Shown here piece after piece: positions 49,301-62,697 of a stretch of 64,000 nt of DNA. Made by a program: the position numbers and the translations under genes. Where the stretch lies: assembly GCA_002633005.1 (NCBI GenBank), contig NMRA01000203.1, positions 280,015 to 344,014 on the forward strand, given 5' to 3'. The stretch comes from Phoronis australis (lineage: Eukaryota > Animalia > Phoronida). Within the stretch, counting starts at the first letter, position 1; each line of letters starts with the position of its first letter. The notes beneath the pieces are model-generated. The model was not told the DNA's origin. It was given only the letters and a program-made list of their open reading frames with translations, and ran no database searches.

Positions 49301-49862
49301 TTTTTATGATAATAATAAACACCCCTAGAAGCACACCATTTGTGGTGCAGTGGTGGGCGAATCTCAATGCTCTTCAGTGCTCTTGTTGCTAAATTTACCC
49401 ATTCAAAATAAGCAGCCAGTTATCATTATTTCAAAACTTTTTGATTGAATAGCGTTCATTCATTTGTTCTACTTAGCCTTGTTGGTGCTCACTTATAACC
49501 TGGGAATTAAATCTAAGTCATTCATTTTGGCAGTGTAAAATTTTACCTGAGGTGATCTTTAGAATTACAAACATTAAGTTCATGATTTAACAATTCTAGA
49601 ACAGGGACTGGCCCTGGTGTGAGCCTAGTGAGACAACAAAGCATTTAAGTTGCAGCTATGGGTTATCTGGAAAACACACTGAGTGTAATTGACAATTATG
49701 TGATTTTATTCTCAGGTAAGAAACGTGCCATCCAATATATCAATCTCGTGTGAGTATGTGGCGAAGATTAAAAATATTGATGCAGATACAGTGAAAAGAG
49801 TTACGACAGAGAATGCCTTGAAGCTGTTCCCCATGTTAAGAAAAGTTGGTATTGCGCTATAA
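40334..49862 (+). CDS. TATDN3: TatD-family DNase TATDN3 homolog, about 272 aa
   Basis: Exons 40334-40390, 41161-41193, 41524-41597, 42646-42730, 43416-43478, 44733-44842, 45706-45874, 48537-48617 and 49716-49862 total 819 nt, phase-consistent. Motifs [60 protein letters not shown] and [10 protein letters not shown]. Confidence 0.96.
44251..44603 (+). mobile_element. tRNA-like (Pol III) cassette between ~75-bp direct repeats
   Basis: A-box tggctcagtgg and B-box gggctcgagtccc at ~44412-44485; ccaaaagatggcgtgctgacg...gagattgacat.ttcat repeated at 44265-44340 and 44529-44603. Confidence 0.6.
45426..45640. repeat. 26-bp minisatellite, about 8 copies
   Basis: aggtgcatatgcatacttcagtatat, containing the palindrome tgcatatgca. 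Confidence 0.95.
46022..46455 (+). mobile_element. Helentron-associated non-autonomous element (HINE-like); 3' fragment repeated at ~49285-49390
   Basis: T-run start, hairpin gcgcccacat..atgtgggtgc, (gtct)n microsatellite, reverse subterminal repeat near 46417-46428 and a cttgttt end. Confidence 0.6.
49025..49163. repeat. 16-bp minisatellite, about 8.5 copies
   Basis: gagaggccatgatagt repeated. Confidence 0.95.
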
Positions 49863-49890
49863 AAAGTGACTGTAAAGCTTGAATTTTATA

Positions 49891-50295
49891 CCTGGGCCCG
49901 GTCTATAATCTTTGTACTTGAAACGAACTCGAAACTATTTTTGGCAATTTCTCTGCTCCTTTTGTGCAAACTTAAGATAATTGGTTATCAGACTGTGCTC
50001 GAATACATTATAGTTTATGCATAGGAGTTTCTAGTTCAAGTTTGCCCTTGAAGACCCTTATATTCGTGCTACAAACTCGACTAAAAACTCGAAATTTCCA
50101 ATTCAAACTCGAACTTATTGCTTTAATATTGGGTTTAAAAACCGTGAACTAAGGGCAATAAATTATCTACGTAAGTTATCGTGTACTCAAGCATAGAATA
50201 ATAGACATCTTGAGTTCGCCCAAAAGTAGAGTAGAAAATGCCAAACCTAATTTCGAGTTCCATTTCGAGTAAAAAGATTGGAGACCGGGCCCAGG
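49891..50295. mobile_element. MITE (PIF/Harbinger-like ends) just downstream of the TATDN3 stop
   Basis: Inverted ends cctgggcccggtct..aatcttt.tact.gaaa and tttcgagtaaaaagattggagaccgggcccagg; internal aactcga/tcgagtt motifs. Confidence 0.8.
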
Positions 50296-53048
50296 TCTAA
50301 TGAAGAATGGACATACTATGAGACATGACTGAGTAAAATGTGAAATTTTTATTCAAATTATCACTGTGTGAAACAGTCAACCATGTTACAAAAAGTAAGC
50401 TCTATCTAGTGTTACCGACTTCACGTAATATTATGTTCATTATTTTTGTTCCTTTAGGATCAAACATTTTTGTGCACAAACACAAGCAACATCGCTGGGT
50501 TATACTTACATAGACACCTTAGTGGTGTTAGTGGTCATTTTGCATATTGCAAACTTTTATGTTGTACGTGGATCTGACGGTCAGTTCTGTTAAATTTGTG
50601 ATATTGTATTACTGTACTTGTTACAAAGAGTGTGATTAGAGACTCATGAGTATCAACTGCAGGGGTGTAATGGTGCAGTTATGCTTTTCTTCATGACATG
50701 ATTTGTGATTTAATTGTCATACCGAATAAATATTCAAATAGGCATGGAATGCAGAAATTCATCAAAAATACCATCTCACAACGACTAGTGCAGGGTAATT
50801 CACTTCTCCTGTGAAGAAATTTTAAAAAAAATAACAAAATTCACAATTTTGAAATATGTATGAAGGAAAAACTCTATGGTTACCACAGAGTTTCTAATCA
50901 CTCGCCCATTTATCAGTGATAAATGTGCACATGCACTCACGGTCAGTTGCTTGAATTCGCTTGAGGTCAAAGGCCACATTTTCCATATAAAAGAAATGTG
51001 CTACATCTATGTCTTGCTACACCAAATAAGGTGACGTGCTTTGCCTTGTGGTAGAAAAGTCGACCAAGTGGCAAGCAGTTGACAGCAGATTTTTTTTGAA
51101 AATTGAAACTAAAAGAAAACGCTTTGATATCAACACCAAACACTTGGTGAGCAGCTTGAATTCTGTTTCAGTGGCAGATAATCCCTTTCAATATTGCAAT
51201 TTAGTCTGTTTATCATGGTTCCAGGCAGCTTTAAATGCACTTACGCCAATAATTATGTTAACTCGAAATCGCAAACACTATAACTAAAAGTAGTTTGTGA
51301 CCTCACATTGAATCAATGCACACGTGCATTTATGTATTCACTCATATTCTGGGATGTGAATTATTTGTTATTTATGCGCTATAAAGGATTTCAGACAAAA
51401 TAATGGTCTAAATCCTGGTGCTATATTATATTGCTTTAAAGTTGTAAATTTATTTTGAATGTACTACACCTTTACATTATCTGTAAGCAATTAAAGCTGT
51501 AATAAACTGATCCCAAAAACTAACCAGTGGTTTTGGGCTTAGCTTGGAAAGAACTGACAGTTGAGACCAGGTTCCCAAGTTATCTTAAAACAGCTCTTGT
51601 TTAATGACTTACTTGTATTGTATGCTGCAACTGCTTGCGCAATCGTTGTCTGGGAAAATATCTGTTTTACAGTTTTTCCGCTGGATACCACCATTTTCCT
51701 AGTTTTAATTATCCAAATTTTCTGGGAACATGGATAAAAAGCGAGCTTTGGGATTCATTTACGCACTTGTCTTGCTTTATGCATGCTGAACCTCAAAAAA
51801 GCAAACAGTGAAGGCCAACTTACTGATGAGGTTGGGGGGGGTAGCCATAACTTTTCTTGAGGTACTTAGTAATAACTCAACAGGGAGGTGGTGGCACCAG
51901 TACATTTTGTGTGTCAGTTGGCAATAGGTACTTAGTTTTGAATAAGCGATGTCGCATTTTCCTGATGATCACTGATGACTATTTGACAGAAATTGGAATT
52001 TAGATCAAATGACACCTGTTTTTCATTCAATTTTTGTGAGACATATTATGTGTATTAGCCCATAAGAATGGACCGCTTAGTGGTCGTCTACAACAAACAT
52101 GGGGTTTACTCTTTTGAGCAGGGTTTATTTTACAAATATTAATTAAACAACTGTTGTAAAATATATTCCTATCTATCATATAGTGATAAATATGCTTGCA
52201 CAAAAATACAACGCTGCGCATTTTAACATCAGGTGTTGCACATTATCATGGAAAGTGAGCCAAATTTCAAATGAGCAAAATCACTTGAGCAATATATATA
52301 TATAGAATATTGTCTGAGTTAAAGCAGACATATAAACACATGTGAGCAAAAGAAAACGGGATGAGGTAAAGCAAGCTAGTGGTATTTCATAAAACACAAG
52401 GTGTTCAAAAGAAAGAGTAATCTTGTGTCTGTTGAAACCTTTCGATGTTCATGAAGTACTGAAGTACAGTTGAAGGTCTCCAAACTAAAAGGCAATTTCT
52501 GTGTCTTTATCTAAGCAGCCGGAATGTGTTGACGATGAAAGACTAAGGTGAGGATGTTGATGATGATGATTGATGTGATACCTTCGTCTAGAGTTGAAGC
52601 TGTGATTCCACTGAAAATATATATACTGTTAGTCTAATATGAAACGACTGGTTTAGGAGAGCTCTAAAATATCTGCTGTCCTTAGTTTAATGAAGTATAG
52701 GGTAGTTTCAACTTCAGGTTTACAGAACTAAAATTTAGTACTAATTGTTGGAAAATCATGAAAACAACATGAAATACCCACACTGGCACATCTATAGCCT
52801 TGGTGCAAAGCTATGTGTGTTAATGTTTTGACCATCTTCATACAACTAGCTGGATGGATATTGCAGATACAGGATGTCATGAGGAACAGGCCCACTACTG
52901 TCTTGATGTCCACAAGCCTATATATAAAATGGCATACTGGCCGTAGCAGGCTGGTCAGCTTTCTGAGTATTTATATGGCTTTTCACCAAGACTAGCATCA
53001 TCAAATTCCACATAGACTTTAAAAAGGTGACTTTTTAATCTTCCGAGG

Positions 53049-53420
53049 TCACTGTCGAAGGCAGTAGGCCCCCATGGCCCCGCTGAGTGAAAGTCGCTGG
53101 AAACAGTGTGGCTTAGTGGTTTGAGCTCCAACCTCACTCGTTAGACAGACATCGTGAAAATATGTGAAGTTACGAATACACTTACAGTGAAGCCTTGGGA
53201 AATGTCTTCTTTCTAAGTGAGTTGGTTCGTCTACTTTCCATTCACATCTCGGTTGTTCCACTGCCTTCACTGGTCTAAATACATTGCTCTTCAAATGGTG
53301 TTTCGGATAGTGCTTCATTTGTGCGCGACACCAGTCGGACTCTTTAGTCCTTTCAACGGCACACCACGTTTCTCTCTCTTCATATATTGCCTCTTGCTCT
53401 TTCCTTGTAAGCGTTGCCAT
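53049..53420 (-). CDS. Orphan ORF / possible first exon of an unknown gene
   Basis: aaATGG start and 123 aa of non-repetitive, protein-like composition; possible donor gtgagg after 53138; downstream structure unresolved. Confidence 0.4.
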   Translation of the reverse strand: MATLTRKEQEAIYEERETWCAVERTKESDWCRAQMKHYPKHHLKSNVFRPVKAVEQPRCEWKVDEPTHLERRHFPRLHCKCIRNFTYFHDVCLTSEVGAQTTKPHCFQRLSLSGAMGAYCLRQ

Positions 53421-53941
53421 TTCCTAAGTCTGTCCTGTGCTCGTCTATTCTATGATCAGATACCACAACGTCTTTGCTATGATAACACAGATTGCCAAGC
53501 TAGACCAAAAACTAATCTAACCGCTTTTGTTTAGGAATAACTATCCGCCGTCGTGATGACAACGAGGCACTATATTTGCAAAGTGTCTCCTCGTATTATT
53601 GCTTTCATGAAGGAGGGCAGCTATTTTCTCTGTCAATAAATTGATTCTAATACCATTTTATTTTAGTCATATTATTACTGTAATTTTGATTTACAAGATA
53701 GTCGAAAACCTAGTGTATGAATATTTAGTACCGAACACAAACTATGTTTGCTTTTGAATACAGTAAAGATTCTGGCTTCGAGAGTAACAAATCTAACAAG
53801 TAACGGCACCTACCCAATTAGCACTCATTTGAACTCGTTGCGTGTTTCATCTAGGGCCAGTGTGATAGGTTTCGTGTGGTATTCATATAATCGAAAATAC
53901 TAGTAGCTAGTATATTTCTTGTATTTTCGTACCCTCATTTA

Positions 53942-54517
53942 TTCACTGCGGAGGGTCCTAGGTTTGTTGCATGACTCGAAACAGTCTCGATAGGGACTCG
54001 AGTATGCCCCAAATTTTCAGTTCACTGAGGAACTCTGGCTTGACTTTTGTTTTTTCACTGTTGTATTTTTCTATTACTATATCTTGATCTGGATCTTCTC
54101 TTTTACATGTTACATTTTCTATAGATATATCTGAAACTGATCCCTTCTTTCAATAAAGACTCAATCCTGAGTGCGCGTAGTATTTTCCTCTGTGTCGAAC
54201 TAGAGACGTGTCCCATCAATTAACGTGTTTGATTACACGAGTTTTCTTACATAAGTTTTCTTCCGTTCAGGTATTTTCCTCCGTCTCGGACTAGACACGT
54301 GTCACATCAATTAACGCGTTTGATTACTAATAAGTTGTCTTGCCGAGTATGCCCCAAATTTTCAGTTCACTGAGGAACTCTGGCTTGACTTTTGTTTTTT
54401 CACTGTTGTATTTTTCTATCACTATATCTTGATCTGGATCTTCTCTTTTACATGCTACATTTTCTATAGATATATCTGAAACTGATCCCTTCTTTCAATA
54501 AAGACTCAATCCTGAGT
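53942..54517 (+). repeat. ~173-bp direct repeats (54000-54172 and 54345-54517), pseudo-LTR-like, preceded by a degenerate hammerhead-like motif
   Basis: Near-identical copies ending aataaagactcaatcctgagt; two ~57-bp internal repeats lie between them. Confidence 0.75.
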
Positions 54518-54918
54518 TAGGGGCGCTCCGTTCATCATTTTCAATGGGACGTCAGATACTGATACAGCGGATAAAATTCAGGGTCGAATCCAGGTTTTTT
54601 TAAAGAGTGATCGGATCAAGGATTTTTTTAAAAAGAGGGTCCAATTCAACAATTTGAAAATTCTAGATTTGATATCCCTGAAGTCAAGGGAAAAGGGGGT
54701 CGGACCCCTTGACTTCGCTGGATCCACCCACGAGATACAGATGAAAGGGCAAAGTTCTCTAATGCGCTGGAAATTCTTGGAACATAACTGAGCCCCTCTT
54801 GGGACAACTCGGTGGACAGCGATCTCCGCGACTCGGGAAAGGTCGTGCCATTGCACTCTTTGTTAAGTGCTCGTTATGGCCATGTAAAATTTATTTTATT
54901 TATCAACGCCAATCGATT

Positions 54919-55620
54919 TTATAATATTTTTTTTGTACTTGCATGTAGATGATACGCTGGTCTTTTATAATTTCCCGCTCTATCATTAAAGCCACATATG
55001 ATAGCCAAGTGATTTGACTCGTCCCAGACATCTACTTTAAAATCGTTTACAATTTCAAACAAATCGGTAGATGTATGTAAATAATCAACTAAACTGCAGC
55101 CTCCTTCGAAGCAAAACATGTAAAATTACCACACGCATCATCTGGAAACCGATTCGCGACCATTTACAATATGCACATTTAGTTCACAACACATGTCAAT
55201 GAGGGCGTTACCAAAGTTATTTACTGTATCATCTTGGGAGCTCCTTGAAAAAGAAAATGTATCTGACTCGTACCAGTCGTGACAGGGTAAATATTTGGAA
55301 TTGTCGTCTAAAAAAGTCATCAAGAGAGTCGATGCGGGCGTTTAATTACTCATGATGAATGGATAGCAATCTTGATGTTGATTGGCTAATTTTGATAGTT
55401 CAGTTTGCAGAAATGCAACACCGTTTCTTTCTGGCATATTTTCCTAAGAAACAGACCCTTCATGGGATGTCTTTCGACATTTACCAAATTTTTGTCGCAT
55501 TTAAAAACAATACCAAGTAAGAACTGAATATTTATACGCTTGAAATAAGCTGATATTGAATGCTTTATAAGGACACTGACACCACCCGAGTACCTGCCAT
55601 ATTTTTGACTTTCTTATTAC
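54919..55620 (-). mobile_element. Decayed LINE AP-endonuclease region (CR1/L2-like ORF2 N-terminus)
   Basis: GGVSVLIK, NARID, RSSQDDTVNNFGNALIDMCCELNVHIVNGR, GNFTC, SLVDY and ESNHLAI, with frameshifts. Confidence 0.75.
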
Positions 55621-58544
55621 AAACCCTAAACGACGCGTAACCCGACAAACTGAACTGTGACGTTATTTTCGCTCACGTTTCGGAAACGCAAATAATATCG
55701 TGTTCAGATTCGATATGCTTGAACACTATAGCCACTAGTGTTTTGTCAACATCAAACGTTCGGTGATTTTGAGTTATTCGGCACTTGTTATGCGATCCCA
55801 GCTATGATGACTAAAACTACGCCCCGTGGTCATCATTCTAACGTACTGACCTCTCATGTTAAATTTCACTTTCACGAACCGCACACATGGGCTTTTCCAT
55901 GAACCGTCGTTCTCATCTTCCCGTATCTGTAATACCAGCTCTCCCCTCAACAGATCAGAAAAATGACTGGCCTGTCGGGTAAAAAGTTCACTCTCATCAA
56001 ATATATCACATGGTAATGACTGAAATCACATAAACTGGCATCCATCATAATATTGACCTTTGCTGTTTATGATATATTTGCCTCGATTGCCTTCGATTTT
56101 TGTATTTGCAAGCTCTAGTCAGGAGCATGAGATCCAAGATTTTGAGTTGGGGGCCGGGGGGGGGGGCAGAGTTGAGTCAGGATTTTGCCAGTCAGACATT
56201 CGCACCCGGCCCCCGAACTGCCAAATGGAATCTGGGAGAATTTTAGGGGGCCATGATGGCCTCCTTGTCCCCCTCTTAATCCCCCACTGCCAGTTTCACT
56301 GACCTGCCACCATCTGCTGTCGGGCAGTATTGTTCCGCCAGCTTGCATATGCAGCGGTGTGAAATAAGTTTTTGACAGCATTGAATCTTTTGATGGTTTG
56401 TTCGCGAACAATGCTGAGTGTCAATTGTTTCATGCGACGCTCGTAATCCGGCCAATAGCCCGGCGGCATCCCAGTACATTAGGCCTAGGGCGGCGTTTTG
56501 ACGTTCACTGAGTAACTTTTCTAGACGTGATGAGGGGTTGTGAGCGTGCATAGGCTTATTTGGGGGGCAGGGTGCCCCCCCCTCTTGGCTGCCGCAATGA
56601 AAATGAAACAGCAAAACAGGAAACAGCAACAGCGTGAGGAAGTATTGAGTTCAGCAACCAGAACCGGCAGTGGATGAGAATGAGGCCCAGACCCCAGACC
56701 GCGGCGGCATCGTGTCCCTGTTTTTTTTTTAGTACCCCCACTGATTTTCTAAACAGAATGCGCACGTTCCCATGCAGCCTCGCAACTTTCAAGCCGGCAG
56801 TAGCAATCGCGCTTGCCCAGGACTCCCCGAGGAAACACTGTTGCGCACCCCCCCCCCCCNTCCGCCACTGGCGTGTGATAACATCCGGCTTCTTTGATAA
56901 CTGCCCAGCACAGTCTTTTGTGGCGTAGGACAACATGCAGGCCAATTATCTCCCAGGCTTCAAAGGGTTACTGAAACCTGGCAGAACTCGGTACTATTGT
57001 CTTAGGGTATTCATGATCAGCATTTGACGAGGAATTCAGAAATGCTATTGGTTAAAAATATGATATACTGACTTAACTTTCATTTTTAGCTGCACACTGG
57101 CAGCCCAATCAGGCTACTCTGATCGGAGAGAGAATTTTCCCTCCAACCATGCGGCCAGACTGGAGTTAATCTGCCGTGTAAGATATTTGCTATAGATGAC
57201 ATCTTCCCAACTTGTTGGGCTATGAATCGATCAGAAGTTGGGAGCAACGGAAAACGCCGTAATGATTTGTGACGGGAGCGCTGTCTATTGGTGGAGTCGT
57301 GGGTAAAGACGAGTCGTCAGTTCAGTTCCAGAAGCTAGGATGTGTCATTATATTTTAAAGGGATGGCCAATTCTCTATATGGGACTCCCGATGACGAAAT
57401 TTTTAGTAGTATTTTGATTGGTTTTTACTCATAGCGTAATTTGGAACATTCGCAGTGCGAATACGCCTATAAAAATGGGCCCCTCGCGCTAAAGCTTCGG
57501 GTTCTACCGGCTCTCGTATCTATCTGGTGAGAATCTCAACTTTTTAACTCTGTCGGGTCTCGATACTATCCGGTTAGAGTCTCAACTTCTCAGCTTTTTA
57601 GCTTAGTACTTTTTAGCTTACACATTTTTCATTACTCGACTTTGGGTATTAACTTACGATTTGGGAGCCGATCCAAACTAAGTTAGGGTACAATGACGAC
57701 GGAAACTATTGATGTGTTGTAAGTTTGTGTAGCTTTGTAATTTATATTTAGCGCATAATAAATTCACGGTATATTTCTGTACTCCTCTCTCTTGTTTCTC
57801 TCTCTATAAGTTGTCACCATGGTTCTCTCGTATGCGATTCGAACGAGTGAAAAAGTACACAACGCTGCAAATATTTTTATCCGCTACGAACAGTCGACAT
57901 TTTAGATAAGAAGATCGGTGCTGGTCGCTCCACCGATTCTCGTTACGAGGATTCTTCAAAAATGGTCATGAAATTTTACACCGACATTTCCCAGAAAATG
58001 TCACTACATTAAGAAATTTGATTTCTGCACACTCAGCCTCTGACACCAGCATCTTACCAACCAACGGATGGTTCAGATTCCCCCGTAACTGAAATTAGCC
58101 GAGGGGCGGTACCGCGACCACTAAAAACTACGATAAAAGACTTCACATAGCCACCAGGTGACACGAGTGTCGACATCTTAAATGACGTCATAATTGTCCA
58201 TGATTGACATTTAATCCAAAACGCGGGATTATACAGTCGACGAGGTTAACTTGGCATCCAGATCCTCATCTTATGGCGAGTATTCCTACTAATTTAAGAG
58301 TGCTTTTAAGCAACAAACTGTCAAAATACTTAACAGAAATTGAAAAGATTGTGTACAGTGTTCGATATTCATCAAATAAATGGGTTGGCGTGCCGGGCCA
58401 GTCATGCATCAATTTGAAACCATATCCATATTGGCTATGGCATAGGGCCTGATGTGAAAGTTTACTGGCCCGGCCACAAATCCACTGGCCCCGTGCCAAC
58501 GTGTGTTTCGAACGCTGGTTGTGTAAGCCTACTCTTTGGAATAA

Positions 58545-59022
58545 CATCATTGGAATATGCCTCTACTGTTTTGGACCCTTAAGGGCCTTATACCCAAAAA
58601 GACAGATATATGATCGTGCCACTGTTGAAAAGACATTTTATTGCAGCTGCAGAGAAAGTACTGAGGAGAGCTACTCGTTGGGTCACGAGACGGTTCAGTC
58701 GCCTGGCCTATGTTGGTTCAATGTTTAGAAACCCTAAAATGGTCCACCCTCGGCCACAGACGCTAAATCTGTAGGCTGAAAATGTTTTACAAGTATGATA
58801 AGAAGTTGGTGATCATCAACTCTGATGTTGCTACCATCGCAGATCTTGCTGTCTTGGGCATCTGTCTGTACCAGAAGGTCATCCAGTTATAGAATTCCAA
58901 TAAATAGGACAGATTACAGGAAAAAGACATTCTTTCCTAGAACAGTCACTGGAATGGCTTGCCGGGCTACATTACATCAGTCCCTTCTCTTGATATCTTT
59001 GTTAGCAAGCTTTCTGAAGTAA
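58545..59022 (+). mobile_element. Decayed CR1-type LINE ORF2 C-terminus
   Basis: SLEYASTVLDP, EKVLRRATRWV, LKWSTL, RLKMFYK and RTDYRKKTFFPRTV, with stops and frameshifts. Confidence 0.75.
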
Positions 59023-61364
59023 CATAGTGGGGTACCTCATTTGGAGCACCCGATTACTGACTGCCTTATCTGTTACGATATAGCTATGTTAACCGACCTC
59101 TAAAGTGATGTCCACTATGTACCTGTTATAGTTGTTCTCGTTTTTGTTGATCTTCATTGTTATACAGTGACATAATACTCTGGAGAGAGTGTGGTCACTT
59201 AAAACAAGAAGATCATTCATTGTGATTTGCGAGATAATTCGGTCTCTGGCACAGGAAATACAAATTCCTTGAATAAGTTTTCGAACCATTGTCAATTGAA
59301 AACTTGTTCGAGGTGCACAAAAATTGGAAATTTGACAAAAATGCACAATTAGTATCACCTTAAAGACATTTTTGAGACATTTAAAACAGCACAATTTTCA
59401 ACTCTCTACACCATTCATTAGCGAAGTTACTGGCATTCGGTGTCGGAAATCCATCCACAAAATTTGCCACTGAAACTTAAAAAGCGCACTGTGACCAAAA
59501 ATGTTTTTCTAGTGTAAAATGATTATATCTTTGTAAATAATTCACCAGTATTGGTGAAAGTGGTATGAAATGAAAGTTTAATGGTTGGGCTACAAGTAGA
59601 AAATATGCAAATTACAATTTGACATATTCAAGGTTCTCGTTAAAATGGCTGCCACTAATGTTGTTGAAAATAAATTATAATAGGCATTGTGTATGCAAAA
59701 GATGTTAAAAAACACAACTATGAACAATTTTTATTTATTAATCTACATTTTTGTTTATTTTGATTACCTACATCAACTGTAATCAGGAACATAACATGAA
59801 ATGATCGTGATAGAATCTCAGGGATTACAAGGACTATAAACTTGACACGCTTTTTATCAGCGATTTCAAGATTTCATTAACACACTTGGCTGTGGGGACA
59901 ATAAACATGATAGTTACACCTGGTCTGGCAATGGAACTAGTTTTAAGTGAATGGTGAGATGCCTTGAAGACGTCAACACAACATTCATATATGAAACTTT
60001 TCAGCGGCCAAATTTACGATTCAATAACACCGCGCCACATTAAGTTTATACAGTACATCACTTTTTCGACAAGTCTGTTTAGTTTACCCAATATCTACTG
60101 AATTTAAAGGTTCAGGAAAAGCACAATGTAGTCGCATTATAACGTACCTGTCATTTATAACGTTTGATCGCTACAACATACTCTTTCTACAATTCGTTTT
60201 TAACGAATACGGATACAGAACTTGAATCACACACGTGTTTGTGAATGGTATAACTACTATATCACGGTCGTAATGTAGTGGTCTTAAAAAGTTATCGATA
60301 ATTCTCGTGGAAAATAGATGGAATTTTGAAGCCAAAACTAACAATTTTAGTGTCATTTTTCGTCCAACTTCTTTCCAGATTTTTTACATGACTTCCGACA
60401 AAAATCGTTACTTAACTCGTGAAGTTAGTGTTATTTTTCATCCGTTTTTCATCGTTATTTTCGCTTTACAACTAAAATGTATGTGCTGGAACACGGTCAC
60501 CCGTCGCTTTCATTTTGAAGCGGCAAAAATGACAAAACTTTACAGCTCATATGCTCAAGAACGGATTGCTTAGAATATTATGGCACTGCGCAAATTAGAC
60601 TGTTGTTACTTTCTCAGGAATTTGAACTCAGGTTTACTGATATTCCATGCTAGTTTCTGTGTAATTTACTTTGAAATTATAAGTGTAAATTAAATTCTTA
60701 ACGGATGTAAAATTTAAAACAAAGGAAACTGCTTTACTGCGTAGTAATACTAAAAGTTACTGCAAATTTGGCTGATCTGACCGAAGCGACGGGCCTCACC
60801 TAAAACTTCACCAATAGTTATGGATAGAGCACGTACGGAGTCAAAATTTTATGAAGATTTCGAATCTTATTAATTTAAATATATCAGAAGTGCAAAAAAG
60901 TGAAAACAGGCGTGTTGTTTCGTTATGCAACTCTTATCTTACTCCATCAGCTAATGTGTATTAGCGTGAAATTGCATGTTACTGGCCAAATAATGGCATG
61001 TGGTTTACTCAGGAATTTCGACCGAACTGAAAATGAGGGGAAGATTTTCAGGCCACTCTATCATGACCAAAGCACGTTATGGACTGGCCACCAAGATGGC
61101 TGCTAACGAGTTAATTAACAACACCAAAAAATTCAAAAGTAAACCCTACCTTGTTGTACATAATTCTGAAGCATTTGCCATTATGATGGTCTAGGAGAAA
61201 AACTTACAGCAGTTGCCCTCACTTCTACTACAAAGTTATCAACATCAGCAAAAGACTAAATCCCCTGTGATGAAGTCATCAGCCATTTGACACATCATAC
61301 TCCACTGCCACCTATGGTGACTCCTCAACAGTCCAACAACTAATCACATAAAAATCTCTTTGTG

Positions 61365-62350
61365 CTTGTTTTACGCGTTGTGAGAAATCCTCAGTTATAT
61401 ACTGGGACAAACTTTTTAGGTTGTGTCTTTTCTCCGTTAGTTTGCCCTTGTCTTTGACACCGAGTTGAGCAATTATTGGGCAGTTCTTAACGTTGATTTT
61501 TTTCCCTGAGTTTGTGAGGCCCTGTCAGTTTGGATGTTTTCGAGATATAAGTTGTTTTTCAGGAAGGTTCTTACTGCTGCTTCAGACTCGTCCCATGTTT
61601 CATTTCGCTTCTTGTCTCACTCTATGCTATGAACTATGATGTTATCTCGATGCGATCTGTTTTCGAGATCATCAACCTTGTTTGCAAGTAGGTTAATTTG
61701 TCTATTTATGTTGACATTTTCTTTGACCACTTCAAAATCTTTTCTCAAGGAATCAATTTGTATTGATAAATCTGCGTACATATAAGTCAAGTTTATCGTT
61801 CATAAATTGCCAATGTTCACAACTGGATATGTCTTGTGCCATGTATGATGTTATTAATAGGTCTTGCCCTTGCGCTCGGCAAGGAAGTGTTATTGTTTGT
61901 TTGACCAGGACGTTTGATCGTAGGAGTGTTCTTGTTAGCCGCCATTTTACTCGGTTATGTAATGTTGAGCCGTGTCACGTATAAAATATGTCCGAACAGT
62001 TTGGCCGTGTTTCAGTATGCGAGAAAACAAACTTGCAATTTCTATGCTTACACTTGTTGCAATTTCCAATCTGTTCCACATACGATGTCTCAAACCTGTC
62101 TGTCAAAGAATGGACCGCTTACAGCAGCTTCTGTGTCTTGAAAATATGTGGCAAATATAACTCTTGTACTGAGAGCCGTAAGACGTGTGATGCATTTTTC
62201 AGTTGAGTTGGAATTAGTTGGTAGAAATACTAATAAAAATAATACACTGCATGCACAGTAAGATGGAGACGTGTAAGTTGGATCGTCATTGACCTTGAAT
62301 GAACTTCCACAGTTTGCTTGCTGATCCCAGCAAATTGTAAACATACAAAG
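61365..62350 (-). mobile_element. Decayed LINE ORF1 (CR1/L2-type, RRM-like region)
   Basis: DLENRSHRDNIIVHSIE, RAHKL..CPIIAQL and YITEDFSQRVKQAQ are typical of LINE ORF1; the upstream boundary is approximate. Confidence 0.55.
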
Positions 62351-62697
62351 GTTTTTTAAACTCATGTGTAAGTGAATCATGTGACTGTTGCAAATGCATT
62401 TGACCGAGTGCTACAAGTCACATGACTGTACTGCAGATACATTTGACTGAGTGCTACAAGTCACATGACTGTACATCTTGGGAGACGTGTGGAATGGAAC
62501 GTTTTAAGTGAGCAAACATTGTAATGGAACATAATTAGCAACTGGACGCACCATATGCCCTTACTCCTGACACTGAGACCCCAATTCCTTCTAGATCTGC
62601 CCCAGCCAAGATGTATGCATTGTACTTTGCAATGTCCAGTCAAGAACACCATGTGTGGTTTACATTGAATTAATTACTGACATTGTATGATTTTCAG

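Noticed and set aside
49704-49722. Recursive splice site ttctcag|gtaag at the TATDN3 last exon
   Set aside because: GTAAGA simply encodes Val-Arg at the start of a required coding exon, and the intron is short; no evidence of re-splicing.
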